Positions 18,698 to 30,820 of a stretch of DNA of 64,000 nt are shown here, in pieces. Origin of the DNA: Candidatus Latescibacterota bacterium (GTDB lineage Bacteria; Latescibacterota; UBA2968; GCA-2709665); assembly GCA_965208835.1 (NCBI GenBank), contig OZ242358.1:4736001-4800000 (forward strand), read 5' to 3'. Within the stretch, counting starts at the first letter, position 1, and each line of letters begins with the position of its first letter. The notes beneath the pieces were generated by a model. It was not told the origin of the DNA. It saw nothing but the letters and a program-made list of their open reading frames with translations, and searched no databases. The position numbers and the translations under genes were made by a program.

Positions 18698-21600
18698 TCA
18701 CGCCGGAACCCGACCCGCCTGACCGTGACACTTCTTGTATTTTTTCCCGCTTCCGCACGGACACGGGTCGTTTCTGCCCACCTTCTGCACCCGAATCGGA
18801 CGTTGTCGGGGCGGCCCCCCTTCCGAAGTGGCGGCGACGGTATCCGACATCGGCGGCGCCTCAACGCCGTGGGCGAATCCCATGCCGGTGGCATCCTGGT
18901 GCGTGAGCGAGACCCGCTGAGGCTGCCGGCCTCCGGGGCTTGTCAGTTCCTCTTCGACCGGAATGCGAAAAAGGGTCTTCAATGTCTCACGGTTGATTTC
19001 GTCAAGGAGATCGACGAACATTTGAAACCCTTCACGCTTGTATTCGATCAGCGGGTCCTTTTGTCCGTATCCCCGCAGGCCGATGCCTTCCTTGAGGTCG
19101 TCCATCTCCCTGAGGTGGTCCTTCCACTTCTCATCGGTTACCCCCAGATAGACCATTCGCTCGATGTCCCGCATCCTTCCCGCGCCGATCAGGCTCTCCC
19201 GGCGCCTGTACGCAGACCTGATTCCATCGAACAATTCATGCCTGAATCCATCCTCCTTCAGTTCGGGCAGCGCCTCGGGAGGCACTTCCGGGACCTGAAG
19301 GAAAATCTGGCGCAGGTCGCGATAGAGCCCGTCCAGATTCCAGTCCTCCTGGGTGCCTTCATCGGGAAGGTGGCTCTCGAACGAAGCGTTCACCACCTCC
19401 TCCATCTCTTCCTCGATCTGCTCGTAGATATTGTGCTGTTCCAGCGCGTGGCGGCGCCGATCGTAGACGACCTCCCGCTGCTGGTTCATCACGTCGTCGT
19501 ATTCCAGGAGATGTTTCCGCACCTCGAAATTCCGGGCTTCCACGCGCTTCTGCGCCCGCTCGATGGATCGGGTCACCATCCGGTGCTCGATCACCTCGCC
19601 GTCTTCGGCGCCCAGCCGGTCCATGATCCGGGCAATCCGCTCGGAGCCGAAGAGCCGCATGAGGTCGTCTTCCAGTGAGATGAAAAACCTTGAATTCCCA
19701 GGGTCGCCCTGCCGGCCGGCCCGTCCACGAAGCTGCCGGTCTATCCGTCTTGCCTCGTGCCGCTCGGTTCCGATGATATGCAGTCCGCAAGGAACGTCAT
19801 CCCGGCAACCGTATTCTTCCAGGTGCGGGCACACCGGATGACCGCCGTTGGTTCCGGGTATCAGCGCGCATTGATGGTCTTGCGGCGCCTTGACCACGCC
19901 ATCGCCCAGTTTGATATCCGTACCTCGACCCGCCATATTGGTGGCAATGGTCACGGCGCCCGGCTGTCCGGCTCTGGCAACGATCTGGGCTTCCTGCTGG
20001 TTGTGACGTGCGTTGAGCACCGAGTGTTTGATCCCCTTGCGCTTTAACATGCGGGATAACAACTCCGACATCTCGACGCTGATGGTACCCACGAGAACAG
20101 GCAGGCTTCTGTCGTTCAGCCGCTCGATCTCGTCCACGATGGCGTTATACTTCTCCCGTTTGGTTCTGAAGATCAGGTCTTCCGAATCGATCCGCCGCAC
20201 AGGTTCGTTCGTAGGCATCACCACGACGTCCAGCTTGTAGATCTGAAACAGTTCCGCCGCCTCGGTTTCGGCAGTTCCCGTCATCCCCGCCAGTTTGTGG
20301 TACAATCGAAAGTAATTCTGCAGTGTAATTGTGGCAATCGTCTGGGTGTCCCGTTCCACCTTGACGCGCTCTTTCGCTTCCAGAGCCTGGTGCAAACCGT
20401 CCGCAAATCGCCGACCCGGCTGGGGACGACCCGTGAATTCGTCGACGATAATCACCTGGCCGCCGTCCACGATATACCTTACATCCTTCTCATAAAGCGT
20501 ATAGGCGACCAGAAGCTGTTGTACGCTGTGAATCGCCTCGCTCTTCCGGGCGTAGTCCTGATAGGCGTCATCCTGGGCTCTGGCCTTCTCGTCCGGCGCA
20601 AGCGCATCGTCCGCCTCGATTTCGTGCAGGACTTCATCCAGGTCCTGAAGCACGAAATCGTCCGGCTTCCGGCTGATCTCAACCCGTCCCTTGTCGGTCA
20701 GGTCGATTACGTGGCTCTTCTCGTCCACGCTGAAGTAGAGGTCTTCGTCAATCTCGCCCATTCGTTTGTCACGCAGATAGTCGGCCTCAACCCGTTGGAT
20801 CAGACGTTTGGTCCCCTCTTCCTGGAGTAATTTCATGAACCGCCGGTTCTTGGGCATCCCCCGTTGAACCTGAAGCAGCCGGATACCCGCCTCGTATTCG
20901 TCCTCTTCAAGGATTTCCTCCGCTTCGTTCAGCGTTCCGGTTACCACCCGCGTCTGCGCACGGACCAACCGCTCCACCAGCGGCCGCATCTCATCGTACC
21001 GTTGATTGTCGGCCTCCGCCACCGCTCCTGAAATAATCAGCGGCGTCCTCGCTTCGTCGATCAGTATGCTGTCGGCCTCGTCGATTATCGCGAAATAATG
21101 TTCGCGCTGCATCAGGTCGTCCGGGCGTACCGCCATGTTGTCGTAAAGATAGTCGAACCCGAACTGGTCCTTCGTGCCGTAGATGACATCCGCCCTGTAG
21201 GCTTCCTGATGATCGCACTCCCGCAGACGGTACCCGCCCTCGCCATCCTCCTCCATGAGATACGCGTCCGCCTCCATGGACCGATCCTGGATGATACCCA
21301 CGCTCATCCCGAGATAGAGATAGACGGGCCCCAGCCACATGGCGTCTCGTTTTGCGAGATAGGAGTTCACCGTAACGAGATGTACGCCCCGTCCCGTCAA
21401 TCCGTTCAGATAAAGCGGCATTCCCGCGACGAGCGTCTTGCCCTCGCCGGTGGCCATCTCGGCTATTTTTCCGTGGTGAAGCACGATACCGCCGAGCAGC
21501 TGTACGTCGTAAGGCACCATATCCCAGACAATGGACTCACCGGCGCGCTCCCACTGTTTCCCGTCCGTTTTGAACCGGCGGCAAACCTCTTTGTAGACCG

Positions 21601-21928
21601 CGTATGCCTCCGGCAAGATTTCCTCCAGAGCTTCCGCCTCGAGTTCCCTGACTTCACCCTCCAGTTCCGAGATTTCGTCCAGCAGCGAAGAGCGATCCAT
21701 TTCCTCCTCGCTCTTCAACTCCTCCCGCATCCCATCGAGCTGTACCGTGTATTCTGCCGTCGCGTCCCGCAGCCTCTGCTTGAATTCGGCCGTCTTGCCG
21801 CGCAGGCTCGCTTCGGAAATGGGAGCGTAAGACTCGCAATGCCCGTTGATTCTCTCGACCGTCGGCCAGAGTTTCTTCAGATCCCGATCGTACTTGGTCC
21901 CGAAGACTTTTTTGATCACGCCCATCAT
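18698..21928 (-). CDS. secA: preprotein translocase SecA
   Basis: [57 protein letters not shown]. Confidence 0.98.
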   Translation of the reverse strand: MMGVIKKVFGTKYDRDLKKLWPTVERINGHCESYAPISEASLRGKTAEFKQRLRDATAEYTVQLDGMREELKSEEEMDRSSLLDEISELEGEVRELEAEALEEILPEAYAVYKEVCRRFKTDGKQWERAGESIVWDMVPYDVQLLGGIVLHHGKIAEMATGEGKTLVAGMPLYLNGLTGRGVHLVTVNSYLAKRDAMWLGPVYLYLGMSVGIIQDRSMEADAYLMEEDGEGGYRLRECDHQEAYRADVIYGTKDQFGFDYLYDNMAVRPDDLMQREHYFAIIDEADSILIDEARTPLIISGAVAEADNQRYDEMRPLVERLVRAQTRVVTGTLNEAEEILEEDEYEAGIRLLQVQRGMPKNRRFMKLLQEEGTKRLIQRVEADYLRDKRMGEIDEDLYFSVDEKSHVIDLTDKGRVEISRKPDDFVLQDLDEVLHEIEADDALAPDEKARAQDDAYQDYARKSEAIHSVQQLLVAYTLYEKDVRYIVDGGQVIIVDEFTGRPQPGRRFADGLHQALEAKERVKVERDTQTIATITLQNYFRLYHKLAGMTGTAETEAAELFQIYKLDVVVMPTNEPVRRIDSEDLIFRTKREKYNAIVDEIERLNDRSLPVLVGTISVEMSELLSRMLKRKGIKHSVLNARHNQQEAQIVARAGQPGAVTIATNMAGRGTDIKLGDGVVKAPQDHQCALIPGTNGGHPVCPHLEEYGCRDDVPCGLHIIGTERHEARRIDRQLRGRAGRQGDPGNSRFFISLEDDLMRLFGSERIARIMDRLGAEDGEVIEHRMVTRSIERAQKRVEARNFEVRKHLLEYDDVMNQQREVVYDRRRHALEQHNIYEQIEEEMEEVVNASFESHLPDEGTQEDWNLDGLYRDLRQIFLQVPEVPPEALPELKEDGFRHELFDGIRSAYRRRESLIGAGRMRDIERMVYLGVTDEKWKDHLREMDDLKEGIGLRGYGQKDPLIEYKREGFQMFVDLLDEINRETLKTLFRIPVEEELTSPGGRQPQRVSLTHQDATGMGFAHGVEAPPMSDTVAATSEGGPPRQRPIRVQKVGRNDPCPCGSGKKYKKCHGQAGRVPA

Positions 21929-22380
21929 AAGCTGTTATCCACCGATAATCGACAATCCACCGGTTTTTCGATGACTCCCTTCTGCCTGACCAGCGCATCC
22001 AGAATTCCGTTGATGAACGTAGGCGCCTTCTCCACGCTGTACCGCTTTGCGAGTTCAATCGCTTCGTTCATCGATACCTTGACCGGAATATTGTCGAATG
22101 CGAGCATTTCCGTAAGCGCCATCCACAGCAGGATCCGGTCGATCCTCGAGATGCGATCCAGTGCCCAGTTTCTGGATATCCCCTCTACCAGACCGTTCAG
22201 CTCTTCTTTCCGCGTCCAGGTCTCCCGGCCAAGCGCATGGGCGAATTCGGCGGCGTCCTCCGTCAACCCGGCGCGAAGCGCGACGGCGTCGAGCGTCCGT
22301 TGTACGGGGTCTCCCGAACTCTCGCTCCAGTACAGCGCCTGCAGCGTAACTTCACGGGCTTTTCGTCGAGAACCCGTCAT
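21925..22380 (-). CDS. nusB: transcription antitermination factor NusB
   Basis: [29 protein letters not shown]. Confidence 0.95.
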   Translation of the reverse strand: MTGSRRKAREVTLQALYWSESSGDPVQRTLDAVALRAGLTEDAAEFAHALGRETWTRKEELNGLVEGISRNWALDRISRIDRILLWMALTEMLAFDNIPVKVSMNEAIELAKRYSVEKAPTFINGILDALVRQKGVIEKPVDCRLSVDNSL

Positions 22381-22856
22381 GCGTCTTCTTCGTTCAAGGA
22401 TGCCAACAGATTTACCATCTCGACAGCGGCAAGGGCGACCTCCCATCCCTTGTTGCCGGCCTTGGTTCCCGCCCTTTCGATCGCCTGTTCGATCGTATCG
22501 GTTGTCAGAACGCCAAACAGACATGGCACACCCGACTCCAGCCCGACCGATGCGATCCCCCTGGAGACCTCGTTGGCCACATAATCGAAGTGGGGAGTAC
22601 TCCCTCGAATCACGGCGCCCAGGCAGATCACCGCGTCGTAACGTCCGCTACGCGCCATTTTCCCGGCCACCAGTGGAATCTCGAACGAACCCGGAACCCG
22701 GACCACATCGACATCATCCGGTTCGCCTCCATGTCGTCTCAGGCAATCCTCGGCGCCTTCCAGCAACTGCTTGCTGACCAGGCTGTTGAATCGACTCACC
22801 ACAATGCCGAATCGTTTGCCATCCGCGCGCAATCCACCTTCAATCGTTCTGGCCAT
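22377..22856 (-). CDS. ribH: 6,7-dimethyl-8-ribityllumazine synthase
   Basis: [30 protein letters not shown]. Confidence 0.97.
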   Translation of the reverse strand: MARTIEGGLRADGKRFGIVVSRFNSLVSKQLLEGAEDCLRRHGGEPDDVDVVRVPGSFEIPLVAGKMARSGRYDAVICLGAVIRGSTPHFDYVANEVSRGIASVGLESGVPCLFGVLTTDTIEQAIERAGTKAGNKGWEVALAAVEMVNLLASLNEEDA

Positions 22857-24114
22857 ACGTTTCCTCCGGGGAGCCATCGGCCAACTTCAGATCTTCTTCG
22901 TCAAATATGTGTCCCATCTTCTTCTGTTTGGTACGCAGATACCGGATATTCCACGGCGTCGATACAATCTTGACGGGGACCCGCTCCACGATTTCGATCC
23001 CGTAAGCCTCCAGCCCCACGCGCTTGGCGGGGTTGTTGGTGATCAACCGGGCTTTCCTGACGCCAAGGTCCAACAGAATCTGCGCGCCGATGCCGTAATC
23101 CCGCTCGTCCATCTTGAATCCGAGCTTCAGATTCGCCTCTACCGTATCATAGCCTTCTTCCTGAAGCTGGTATGCATTGATCTTTGCGCGCAAGCCGATG
23201 CCGCGACCCTCCTGGCGCATGTAGACAACCGCGCCACGACCCTCCCGCTCGATCATTTCGATCGCCGAATGCAGATTCGTGCAGCAGTCGCACCTCAGCG
23301 ACCCGAATGTGTCGCCCGTGAGACACTCGGAGTGCATCCGCACCAATACCGGATCTACCGCTGTCAGCGTTCCCTTGGAAAGCGCCACGTGATCCCGCCT
23401 GTCGACTTCGCTATCGTAGAGATGAAGCTTGAACTCCCCGAACCGGGTGGGGAGGCGGACCGTCTCCAGACACTCGACCAGCTTTTCCGAACGGCGCCGG
23501 TACGCAATCAGATCGCGGATGGTGATGATCCTCAGGCTGAACTTCCTGGCCATTTCGACAAGCTGCGGCAGCCGCGCCATCGTCCCGTCGGGATTCAGGA
23601 TTTCGCACAGGACGCCTGCAGGATAGAGGCCCGCGAGCCGCGCCAGGTCCACAGTCGCCTCCGTGTGCCCGGCCCGCCGTAACACACCTCCCGGACGGGC
23701 GGATAAAGGAAAGACGTGGCCGGGTCTGGCAAAATCGGGAGGCCGGGCGTCCGGATCCGCAAATCGCTGAATTGTAACCGCACGATCCTGCGCCGAGATC
23801 CCGGTCGTTGTGCCCTCAACCGCGTCGATGCTGACCGTGAAAGGGGTTCCATGCAACGCGGTATTCTTGCCCACCATCATCTCCAGTTCCAACTCCTGCA
23901 ACCGTTCCGGCGTTGCCGGGAGGCAGACCAGCCCGCGCCCGTGAAGGGCCATGAAGTTGATGATTTCGGGCGTGACCTTTTCCGCCGCCGTGATCAGATC
24001 CCCCTCGTTTTCACGGTCCTCATCGTCCACGACAATCACGAGCTTGCCCGCCCGGATGTCGTCCAGCGCTTCCTCGATGGACGCGATATGGAATCCGTCG
24101 TCGACCTCAGACAT
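22840..24114 (-). CDS. ribBA: bifunctional DHBP synthase / GTP cyclohydrolase II
   Basis: [38 protein letters not shown]. Confidence 0.97.
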   Translation of the reverse strand: MSEVDDGFHIASIEEALDDIRAGKLVIVVDDEDRENEGDLITAAEKVTPEIINFMALHGRGLVCLPATPERLQELELEMMVGKNTALHGTPFTVSIDAVEGTTTGISAQDRAVTIQRFADPDARPPDFARPGHVFPLSARPGGVLRRAGHTEATVDLARLAGLYPAGVLCEILNPDGTMARLPQLVEMARKFSLRIITIRDLIAYRRRSEKLVECLETVRLPTRFGEFKLHLYDSEVDRRDHVALSKGTLTAVDPVLVRMHSECLTGDTFGSLRCDCCTNLHSAIEMIEREGRGAVVYMRQEGRGIGLRAKINAYQLQEEGYDTVEANLKLGFKMDERDYGIGAQILLDLGVRKARLITNNPAKRVGLEAYGIEIVERVPVKIVSTPWNIRYLRTKQKKMGHIFDEEDLKLADGSPEETYGQND

Positions 24115-24173
24115 GAAATGCCGCTCCCGGCGAAGTAAAAGTTAAAGATGTACAGGTCGAGGTTCCACGATTC

Positions 24174-24827
24174 TCACGAAACCCCTTCTCTTTCGCTTCC
24201 AATCCCCACGTTCCGAAACGTCGCGAGATTTCCGTTCTCCGTGCGTCCGATAAGCCTTTCCAGGTACCGCGCCACCAGGTCGACCTCCAGATTGACCGCG
24301 TCGCCGACCCGGCGTTCGCCGATCGTCGTGGCTTCCATCGTATGCGGAATGACCGTCACTGTAAAATCTCGCGCACCGGCGGACACAATCGTCAGACTGA
24401 TGCCGTCTACGGCGATCGATCCCTTGTCGGCCAGATACGCGGCGAGTTCGGCCTGCATCCCAATCCGGAACACCATGTTGTCCGACCAACGCCTGCGTTC
24501 CAGCACCCTGCCCATCCCATCCACATGACCGGCTACCAGATGGCCGCCCAGGCGATCCGACAGCTTCATTGACCGTTCCAGATTTACCCTGTCTCCCGTT
24601 TTCAGCCTTCCAAGAGTCGTCCGTTCCAGGGTCTCAGAGACGGACTCGAACGAAAACGACCGGCGCTCCGCTTCGACAACGGTGTGGCAGGCGCCGTCGA
24701 TGGATATGCTGTCGCCGATTGAGACATCCTCCAGCACACGCTTCGCTTCCACCGTCGTTCGCTGATACCCCTTCCGCCTCTGAATCGCGCGCACCAGCCC
24801 CACTTCCTCGACAATCCCGGTAAACAT
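24174..24827 (-). CDS. ribE: riboflavin synthase alpha chain
   Basis: MFTGIVEE, GGHLVAGHVD, KGSIAVDGISLT, VNLEVD. Confidence 0.96.
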   Translation of the reverse strand: MFTGIVEEVGLVRAIQRRKGYQRTTVEAKRVLEDVSIGDSISIDGACHTVVEAERRSFSFESVSETLERTTLGRLKTGDRVNLERSMKLSDRLGGHLVAGHVDGMGRVLERRRWSDNMVFRIGMQAELAAYLADKGSIAVDGISLTIVSAGARDFTVTVIPHTMEATTIGERRVGDAVNLEVDLVARYLERLIGRTENGNLATFRNVGIGSEREGVS

Positions 24828-24915
24828 CGAGACCATCCTTTCGCGGGCCTCGTGGACTCAACAAACCCGAGCAGTGCCGGACAAAGGATCCGAGGCTGCC
24901 GTCCCGGCGCCCGGT

Positions 24916-26015
24916 TTATGTAGCCCGCGGCAGAACTGCATCGCCCTTCAGCCGTGCCGTGTAGAACAAGTCGCGGCCGGTCCAATCCACATCGACCTCA
25001 TTCAGAAGAATCGCATCGGCTATTCTTGTAATTCCCAGGTCGCCCACCGACTCAATCCCTTTTCCCAGAATCGCCGGGGCGATAAACACCGCCAGGCGGT
25101 CGACCAACCGGTCGCGCATCGCCGAAGCAGCCACCGTGCCCCCACCTTCGATCAACACGTGGGTTATGCCTTCGGCGCCCGCCCGGGAAAGTACGTCCCG
25201 AAGCATGGGCCTACCATTCTTTGGGGTACAGACCCATACGCGCGCGCCGCGCTCCTCCATCGCTTCGATTTTTTTTTTGAAACCCCGTGCGCGGCGGCGA
25301 AAATCAGCGCCTCCCCGTCGAATATCCTTGCGTCTCTTGAAATCTCAAGGCGACTGTCCAGCACGATTTTTGCCGGATCGGGACCGTCCGCGTGCCGAAC
25401 CGACAGCGCCGGATCGTCCGCGTCGACAGTCCCCCGACCGACCAGGACCGCGGACGCTTCAGCACGCAGCCCGTGGGCCTTTACCCTGGATGCGCCAGAC
25501 GAAATCCATTTCGATTCGCCCGATGCCGTCGCGATCCGACCGTCGAGGGTCTGCGCCAGCTTCAGGGTAACGAATGGAAAGCCCGTTGTGCGGTGTTTTA
25601 CGTAAGCCTCGTTCAGCCGACGCGCCTCTTCCTCTAGTACGCCAACCTCCACCCGTACACCGGCCTCCCGCAACCGGGCGATGCCTCTGCCGGAAACCCG
25701 TCGGTCCGGGTCCACCATGCCGCATACGACCCTCGCAACCCCTCTTTTGATCAACAAATCGACACACGGCGGCGTACGGCCGGTATGGGCGCAAGGTTCG
25801 AGGGTCACGTACAGCGTAACATTGGGGGTTCCGTCGGCCAACCCTTCAAGCGCGTATACCTCCGCGTGCGGTTTTCCGGATTCAGGGTAATACCCCTTTC
25901 CAACAACCTGCCCGTCCCGAACCGTCACCGCACCCACCAGAGCGCCGTCCCGTACCCGACCGCGTCCATTTTCGGCCAGCGACAACGCCAGCCTCATATA
26001 GTCCACATCCGTCAT
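24916..26015 (-). CDS. ribD: RibD deaminase/reductase, frameshifted at an A10 run (25269-25278)
   Basis: HAE..PCAH.GRTPPC and KLAQTLDG in ORF 25164-26015; VLIEGGG and APAILG continue in the -1 frame (24916-25260). Confidence 0.9.
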
Positions 26016-26063
26016 ATACTGACCTGTATCGCCGGGAAGGTGAAACGCAAAGCGTGGACGGGC

Positions 26064-28133
26064 CTATTCAAGATCGATCGTCGCTGTGCCCACGCCCACG
26101 TTGCCCAGCGCATCGGTCGCTCGTACGACGACAGTATATTCTCCCGCCGCCAGATCCTGGATTTCGAAACGCAAGGTCTCCGTCCTGGAGTCGAAAATAC
26201 GATCAACAGGAAAGATCACCTTCCATTCACCTGAATTCACCGCATAGGCCGCACTCCAGAGCGGGCTCGCAGCGTCGTTCAGCGATCCCTGGACTTGTAC
26301 TGACCCGCCCGCCGGCCGTATCTGCAGCACCACGGAGGGCGGTGTGTGGTCAAGATCGAACGGCTGGCTGACCATCTCGCCAACCAGCGCGAGTTCCTCC
26401 GGATTGGTCAACCTGTCCGATGCCACCACGCGGACCAGCATCGTCCCCTCGGGCGCGGACTCGGTATGCCACTCGTAGGAATTGGTGCGGAGATCTTCCT
26501 TCAGCAGTTTCCAATTCTTCTCGGGCAGACCCCGATAGTACAACGTGTACACCAGCGCGTCGTTATTCGCGTCTTCCGCTTTCCATGCGATCCGCCAGAG
26601 GCCTTTCGAGTTACCCGGCGCGTTTCGACCATTTCCCGTGTCCTTCGGCGAAGCGCCGTTTCCCTGGGCCTCAACGGGCGAGGCGACGAGTGCGAGGACC
26701 CGCGGGCCCATGTTTTCCTGGAGTCCCACAAGACTTACCTCGCGAATCGTGGGCGTGGTCTCGCCCGCCTCCGATCTCAACTCGGCTCGATACTGCAGGA
26801 ACCTGGCGGGCGGACTGTGTATCTGTCCCCCCTGGGAGACCGAAGACCATTCACTCCAGGTGTTGTCCGGTTTCTCGCTGTTTCCCGAACGGGTCTTGAA
26901 TTGAATGGATGCATCCGGGGCGGGTTGTGAATCCCAGGTAATCTTACCCCATCCGGATACGAGGTGAAAATCCCTCACCCTGGATTCCAGCCTGCCTTCG
27001 CGCGCGTACGCCTTAGCCAACCGATACACTCTCCCGCCTCCCGCGGTTCCCAGCCAGAAATCCCCGGACTCGGACCCGCAGAACGCCCACGGTTGTAAGT
27101 CTTTCAGGCGGGTCAGCAGCGTGGCCCGGCCGGACAGGTCCAAACGATAGATGCTCCCCTTGTCTCCCGTGAGCACCGTAATGTTCCGATCATCCGCATG
27201 TAATGCCAGAAGCATCGGCTCGTCCACCGCCCAGAGACGCACCGTCGCACCCGATGGACGTATCGCATAAAGCACGGAACCCTGTTGGGACGCAGAGGAC
27301 CCCTGGCCCTTTGCGGTTTGCTGGGATCCACCCTTTCCGCCCCCTTTGGAACGCCTGGACATTGCACCCGCGAACAGGACTCCGTCCGGTCCCATCGCCA
27401 GGGCGCGGATTTCATCTTCCGACGCGTCGTACAGTACTTCCACTTCACCTATTGCGTTGACACGGTAGACCAGCCCGCTCTGGTCCGTGCCGGCGTACAC
27501 CTGGCCGTGGGCGTCCCGAATCAGCGACACCACATTGTGGTCATCGCTTTGATAGACTTCGTCAACCTTTCCGTCCTTGGAGATACGCAGGATGCGCCCG
27601 TGTCTGCCGCCGGTGGCTGCGTACAGGCCTCCCTTTCCGTCCACAGCCAGCGCCCAGACGTGTTCGTCTCCGGTTCGACAGAACGTCTCGGGTTCTTTGC
27701 CCGGAACAATCCGGTATACGATCCCGTCCGGTGATGAGCCGGCATAAAGTGTCCCGTCCGTTCCGACGGCAAGACTGAAGATGGCCACTTCGGGAGAGTC
27801 GAAGAGGAGCGTGGGCTCTCCGGAGCCATCAAATGCAAAGATCTTTCCGCCATTGCCCGTTGCAATATACAGACGACCGCCTCGCCCCTCCGCGAGCGCC
27901 CACACGAATTCTTCTCCCGTATTCGCCGCAGCCTGCAATTCGGGCGCCAGCAACACCGCGCCTTCTCTCGTTATCGAGACGCCGTCGGCTTCGCCCCTGG
28001 CGAAAGCTTTCTGCGAGTGGTCGCGCCACACGATCGGCTCGACGCCGTCCGCTGAAATCGGAAGGCAGTTGAGAACGATGCAGAGGCTAATCAGCAAAAT
28101 CCGGTTGATCACATTTCCGTTTTCCCGATCCAA
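26064..28133 (-). CDS. secreted beta-propeller protein with C-terminal Ig/FN3-like domains
   Basis: Signal peptide; repeated (V/I)(W/F/R)(A/S)LA..G.LYA blades; RVVASD and VVRATDALGN beta-sandwich motifs. Confidence 0.7.
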   Translation of the reverse strand: MDRENGNVINRILLISLCIVLNCLPISADGVEPIVWRDHSQKAFARGEADGVSITREGAVLLAPELQAAANTGEEFVWALAEGRGGRLYIATGNGGKIFAFDGSGEPTLLFDSPEVAIFSLAVGTDGTLYAGSSPDGIVYRIVPGKEPETFCRTGDEHVWALAVDGKGGLYAATGGRHGRILRISKDGKVDEVYQSDDHNVVSLIRDAHGQVYAGTDQSGLVYRVNAIGEVEVLYDASEDEIRALAMGPDGVLFAGAMSRRSKGGGKGGSQQTAKGQGSSASQQGSVLYAIRPSGATVRLWAVDEPMLLALHADDRNITVLTGDKGSIYRLDLSGRATLLTRLKDLQPWAFCGSESGDFWLGTAGGGRVYRLAKAYAREGRLESRVRDFHLVSGWGKITWDSQPAPDASIQFKTRSGNSEKPDNTWSEWSSVSQGGQIHSPPARFLQYRAELRSEAGETTPTIREVSLVGLQENMGPRVLALVASPVEAQGNGASPKDTGNGRNAPGNSKGLWRIAWKAEDANNDALVYTLYYRGLPEKNWKLLKEDLRTNSYEWHTESAPEGTMLVRVVASDRLTNPEELALVGEMVSQPFDLDHTPPSVVLQIRPAGGSVQVQGSLNDAASPLWSAAYAVNSGEWKVIFPVDRIFDSRTETLRFEIQDLAAGEYTVVVRATDALGNVGVGTATIDLE

Positions 28134-28281
28134 CAGCCTGATCTCCTATCCTTCCGAATCGTCCGTTCCCGCCGGTTGTCCTTGCCGGGCCGATTGCGGT
28201 CCATTCGCACAGGGAGCGCCGATCGCGTCCGCGAAAGGCTCCCAACGCCCGGGCGTCCGGAGGCGGCGATCCCGGGATCAC

Positions 28282-30087
28282 CTACTTCCCTTTTTCGCCA
28301 GCGCTTCCACCCCCGGCGAAAATGACGCCGTTTGGTTTCCTGTTCACGTTCAGTACGACGATCTGACTTCCCGACAGCACATAGTCCGTTGGAATCCGTG
28401 CTCTCTGCACGACTGTCTGCCGAACCTGTTTTACCGCATCGGACGAGCGGGAAAATTGAAGCGCCGAGAGCACCGACGACGGCAGCCTTGACACCTCCCG
28501 TCCCTCGATCGTCACGCCCTGAGCCCCGGACAGCAGTTCAACAACCATTTCGTTGTTCCGGCCGGCGCGCCCCAGCAGGCGGATGAGATGATCCAGGTTT
28601 CTGGCGCTGTATTCACCCGGCGCTCGCTTGGCCTCCTGTTTCACGTGGGCGGATGCGCTGGAAACCCTGAGAACCAGCCGGCCGCCCGGCGTTTGATTCG
28701 GAATGACCATGGCTTCCTCGACCTGCCGCAGTCCTCCCCAGTAGGGCCGCAATGAAACCGTGACACGCACCGTATCGCCCGGCTGGAACGATGTCTTCTG
28801 CAATCCGATAGCCTGGATGTGGGCGGTGTGCGCCCTTTCGGCTTCCACATCCAGGTCGAAGGTGACCCGCTCGATCCTGATCGGCTGGAACGGATTCCGG
28901 ATCAGGTTCGCGAACGGCGTGGTGACCCCCAGTACGGCACTACCCAGCCCCAATGCGCCGGCATAGACGTTCTCGGCCTCCACCGATGGACGTCCATTCA
29001 GGTCGATTCTTACACGGGATTTCACCGTCACCTCGCCCGTCAGCTTCTCGGACGAAACCATCGCGCTGAAGACCGCGATCCGCAATAGAGTCGGACTGAG
29101 GTCGCGGTCTCGCAAGACCTCCATCCGGAACTGCGCTTCCTTGCCCGGCGAACGCAAGTTGATCTGTACGGGCATCATGTCAACTTCGAGGCCGATGGTG
29201 CCGGCGATGCCGGGGGCTCGATCCTGAACGATGGCGCCCATGGTCCGCCCGGCCACTCCCAGCTTGAACGACGCAGACTGGCTGGGCAACACTTCGTGAA
29301 TATAGGCTCCCGTCATCGGAAACGCAGTCGCACCGCCAAAAATCATGGAATGCCCGAATCCGACCACCCGATCCCCATCCCGATGGGTCAGCGTTCCGAT
29401 TCCCGTCACGCTGAGGTCGCCCCGTACCAGCTGCACGCCAAGGGCGGCGCCAGGTTCGAACCCACCCGCGGGCAGGCCGGGATCCACGCCGCCACCCCCC
29501 TGGACCGGCGTCCATCCTAAATCCGAAAACGCCTGTCGAAAATCTTCGACCGCCTGCGGCGCAAAACCGGAAATCACGATCGGAAGGCTGATCGGCGTCA
29601 ACTCCGCCGCATCCATACCCGCGAGATCGATCAGTCGCCGCGCGCCGGCTTTCGTCAGGCGGGCCGTCGAGCTGACGCCTTCAGGTGCTGCCGGCCGGTT
29701 GAACAGATCAACCATTGCGGCAATCGGCGTAATGCCGGCGATGGGTTCCTTGGCAAAAGCGCCAACCCGATACGATACCGCGCCGATCAGCTTGCCATCG
29801 ACGTAAACCGGACTGCCGCTCATCCCCAGGATCACTCCCGTATTGGACAGGGGGCCGCCGGACAGCCGGGCCAGAATCAGATCGCTACGTGGACCGATCG
29901 CATTGTGCAATACACCCAGAATCTCGACCTGAAACGTATCAATTCGCGTTCCCTGGAAGACCGTCCGGCCGATGCCCTGCATCCCTCTGCGGAGTTCTTC
30001 GACGGGCATTGTCTCCACGGCCGCCCGGGCATTGCCGGCAACAGCGCACCACAACACAGCGGGCAGCGATATCTTCAGCAGACGCAT
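28282..30087 (-). CDS. SpoIVB-like peptidase S55 domain protein (secreted)
   Basis: Signal peptide MRLLKISL..ARA, G.G.TVFQG, GMSGSPVY..GKLIGAV, GFGH. Confidence 0.85.
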   Translation of the reverse strand: MRLLKISLPAVLWCAVAGNARAAVETMPVEELRRGMQGIGRTVFQGTRIDTFQVEILGVLHNAIGPRSDLILARLSGGPLSNTGVILGMSGSPVYVDGKLIGAVSYRVGAFAKEPIAGITPIAAMVDLFNRPAAPEGVSSTARLTKAGARRLIDLAGMDAAELTPISLPIVISGFAPQAVEDFRQAFSDLGWTPVQGGGGVDPGLPAGGFEPGAALGVQLVRGDLSVTGIGTLTHRDGDRVVGFGHSMIFGGATAFPMTGAYIHEVLPSQSASFKLGVAGRTMGAIVQDRAPGIAGTIGLEVDMMPVQINLRSPGKEAQFRMEVLRDRDLSPTLLRIAVFSAMVSSEKLTGEVTVKSRVRIDLNGRPSVEAENVYAGALGLGSAVLGVTTPFANLIRNPFQPIRIERVTFDLDVEAERAHTAHIQAIGLQKTSFQPGDTVRVTVSLRPYWGGLRQVEEAMVIPNQTPGGRLVLRVSSASAHVKQEAKRAPGEYSARNLDHLIRLLGRAGRNNEMVVELLSGAQGVTIEGREVSRLPSSVLSALQFSRSSDAVKQVRQTVVQRARIPTDYVLSGSQIVVLNVNRKPNGVIFAGGGSAGEKGK

Positions 30088-30289
30088 CACGACGCACACC
30101 CTTTCTCGTCGATCGGTACGGGAGCCACGAAATCTACTGCGCGCCTTCGGAAAAGTCAAGCGCTGCAACGGCCTAAGTAATTGCAAATTAACATCCGAAC
30201 CCTGTTTTGTTTCCCCAGATATAATACCCGTTTTCGCAATATGGAACAAGCCCCTTGTGCAAATCGGATCTTGTCCTTATCATAACCCA

Positions 30290-30760
30290 ATGCAAATCTT
30301 GCTGCTGGCGGTTGGCAAATGCCGAAAGCCGTATCTGAGAGTTGGTGTCTCGGACTACATCGATCGCATCCGGAGATACGCCAGCCTGGAGCATATCGAA
30401 GTCAAAGAGGAACCGACACCGGGGAGGGGTACCGCTCCGAACGGCCTCTGCAAGGAAGGCGAACGTATTCTCCGACGGGTTCCGCAGAACGCATCTATAA
30501 TTGCTCTGGACCCGGCCGGGGAGTCCTGCAGTTCCGATGGCCTCGCCCGGCGCATCTCCAGAATCGGTCTGGAAGGAACTGGTCGAATCGCGTTTGTCGT
30601 TGGCGGTCCATCCGGCCTTGCCGCCCGGGTTATCCGGCGCGCTGACTGGCGCCTTTCGCTTTCTTCCCTTACCTTTCCGCACGAGATCGCCCGTCTGGTT
30701 CTCCTGGAACAGATCTACAGGGCGTTTACCATCATGCGCGGCGAACCGTATCACAGGTAG
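30290..30760 (+). CDS. rlmH: 23S rRNA (pseudouridine1915-N3)-methyltransferase
   Basis: AVGK, FVVGGPSG, LSSLTFPHEIARLVLLEQIYRA, GEPYH. Confidence 0.95.
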   Translation: MQILLLAVGKCRKPYLRVGVSDYIDRIRRYASLEHIEVKEEPTPGRGTAPNGLCKEGERILRRVPQNASIIALDPAGESCSSDGLARRISRIGLEGTGRIAFVVGGPSGLAARVIRRADWRLSLSSLTFPHEIARLVLLEQIYRAFTIMRGEPYHR

Positions 30761-30820
30761 TCGTCGCAGCAGCCGGACCCGTAACACCGTGGCAGGCGCT
30801 CTTCCGCCGGCCGGCCGAAA

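Noticed and set aside
21098-22777. Long antisense ORFs (also 15875-16897, 47997-49616, 60912-62546 and others)
   Set aside because: Shadows of well-supported genes on the opposite strand, expected at high GC.
26016-26063. FMN riboswitch before ribD
   Set aside because: The spacer is only 48 nt and has no RFN consensus.
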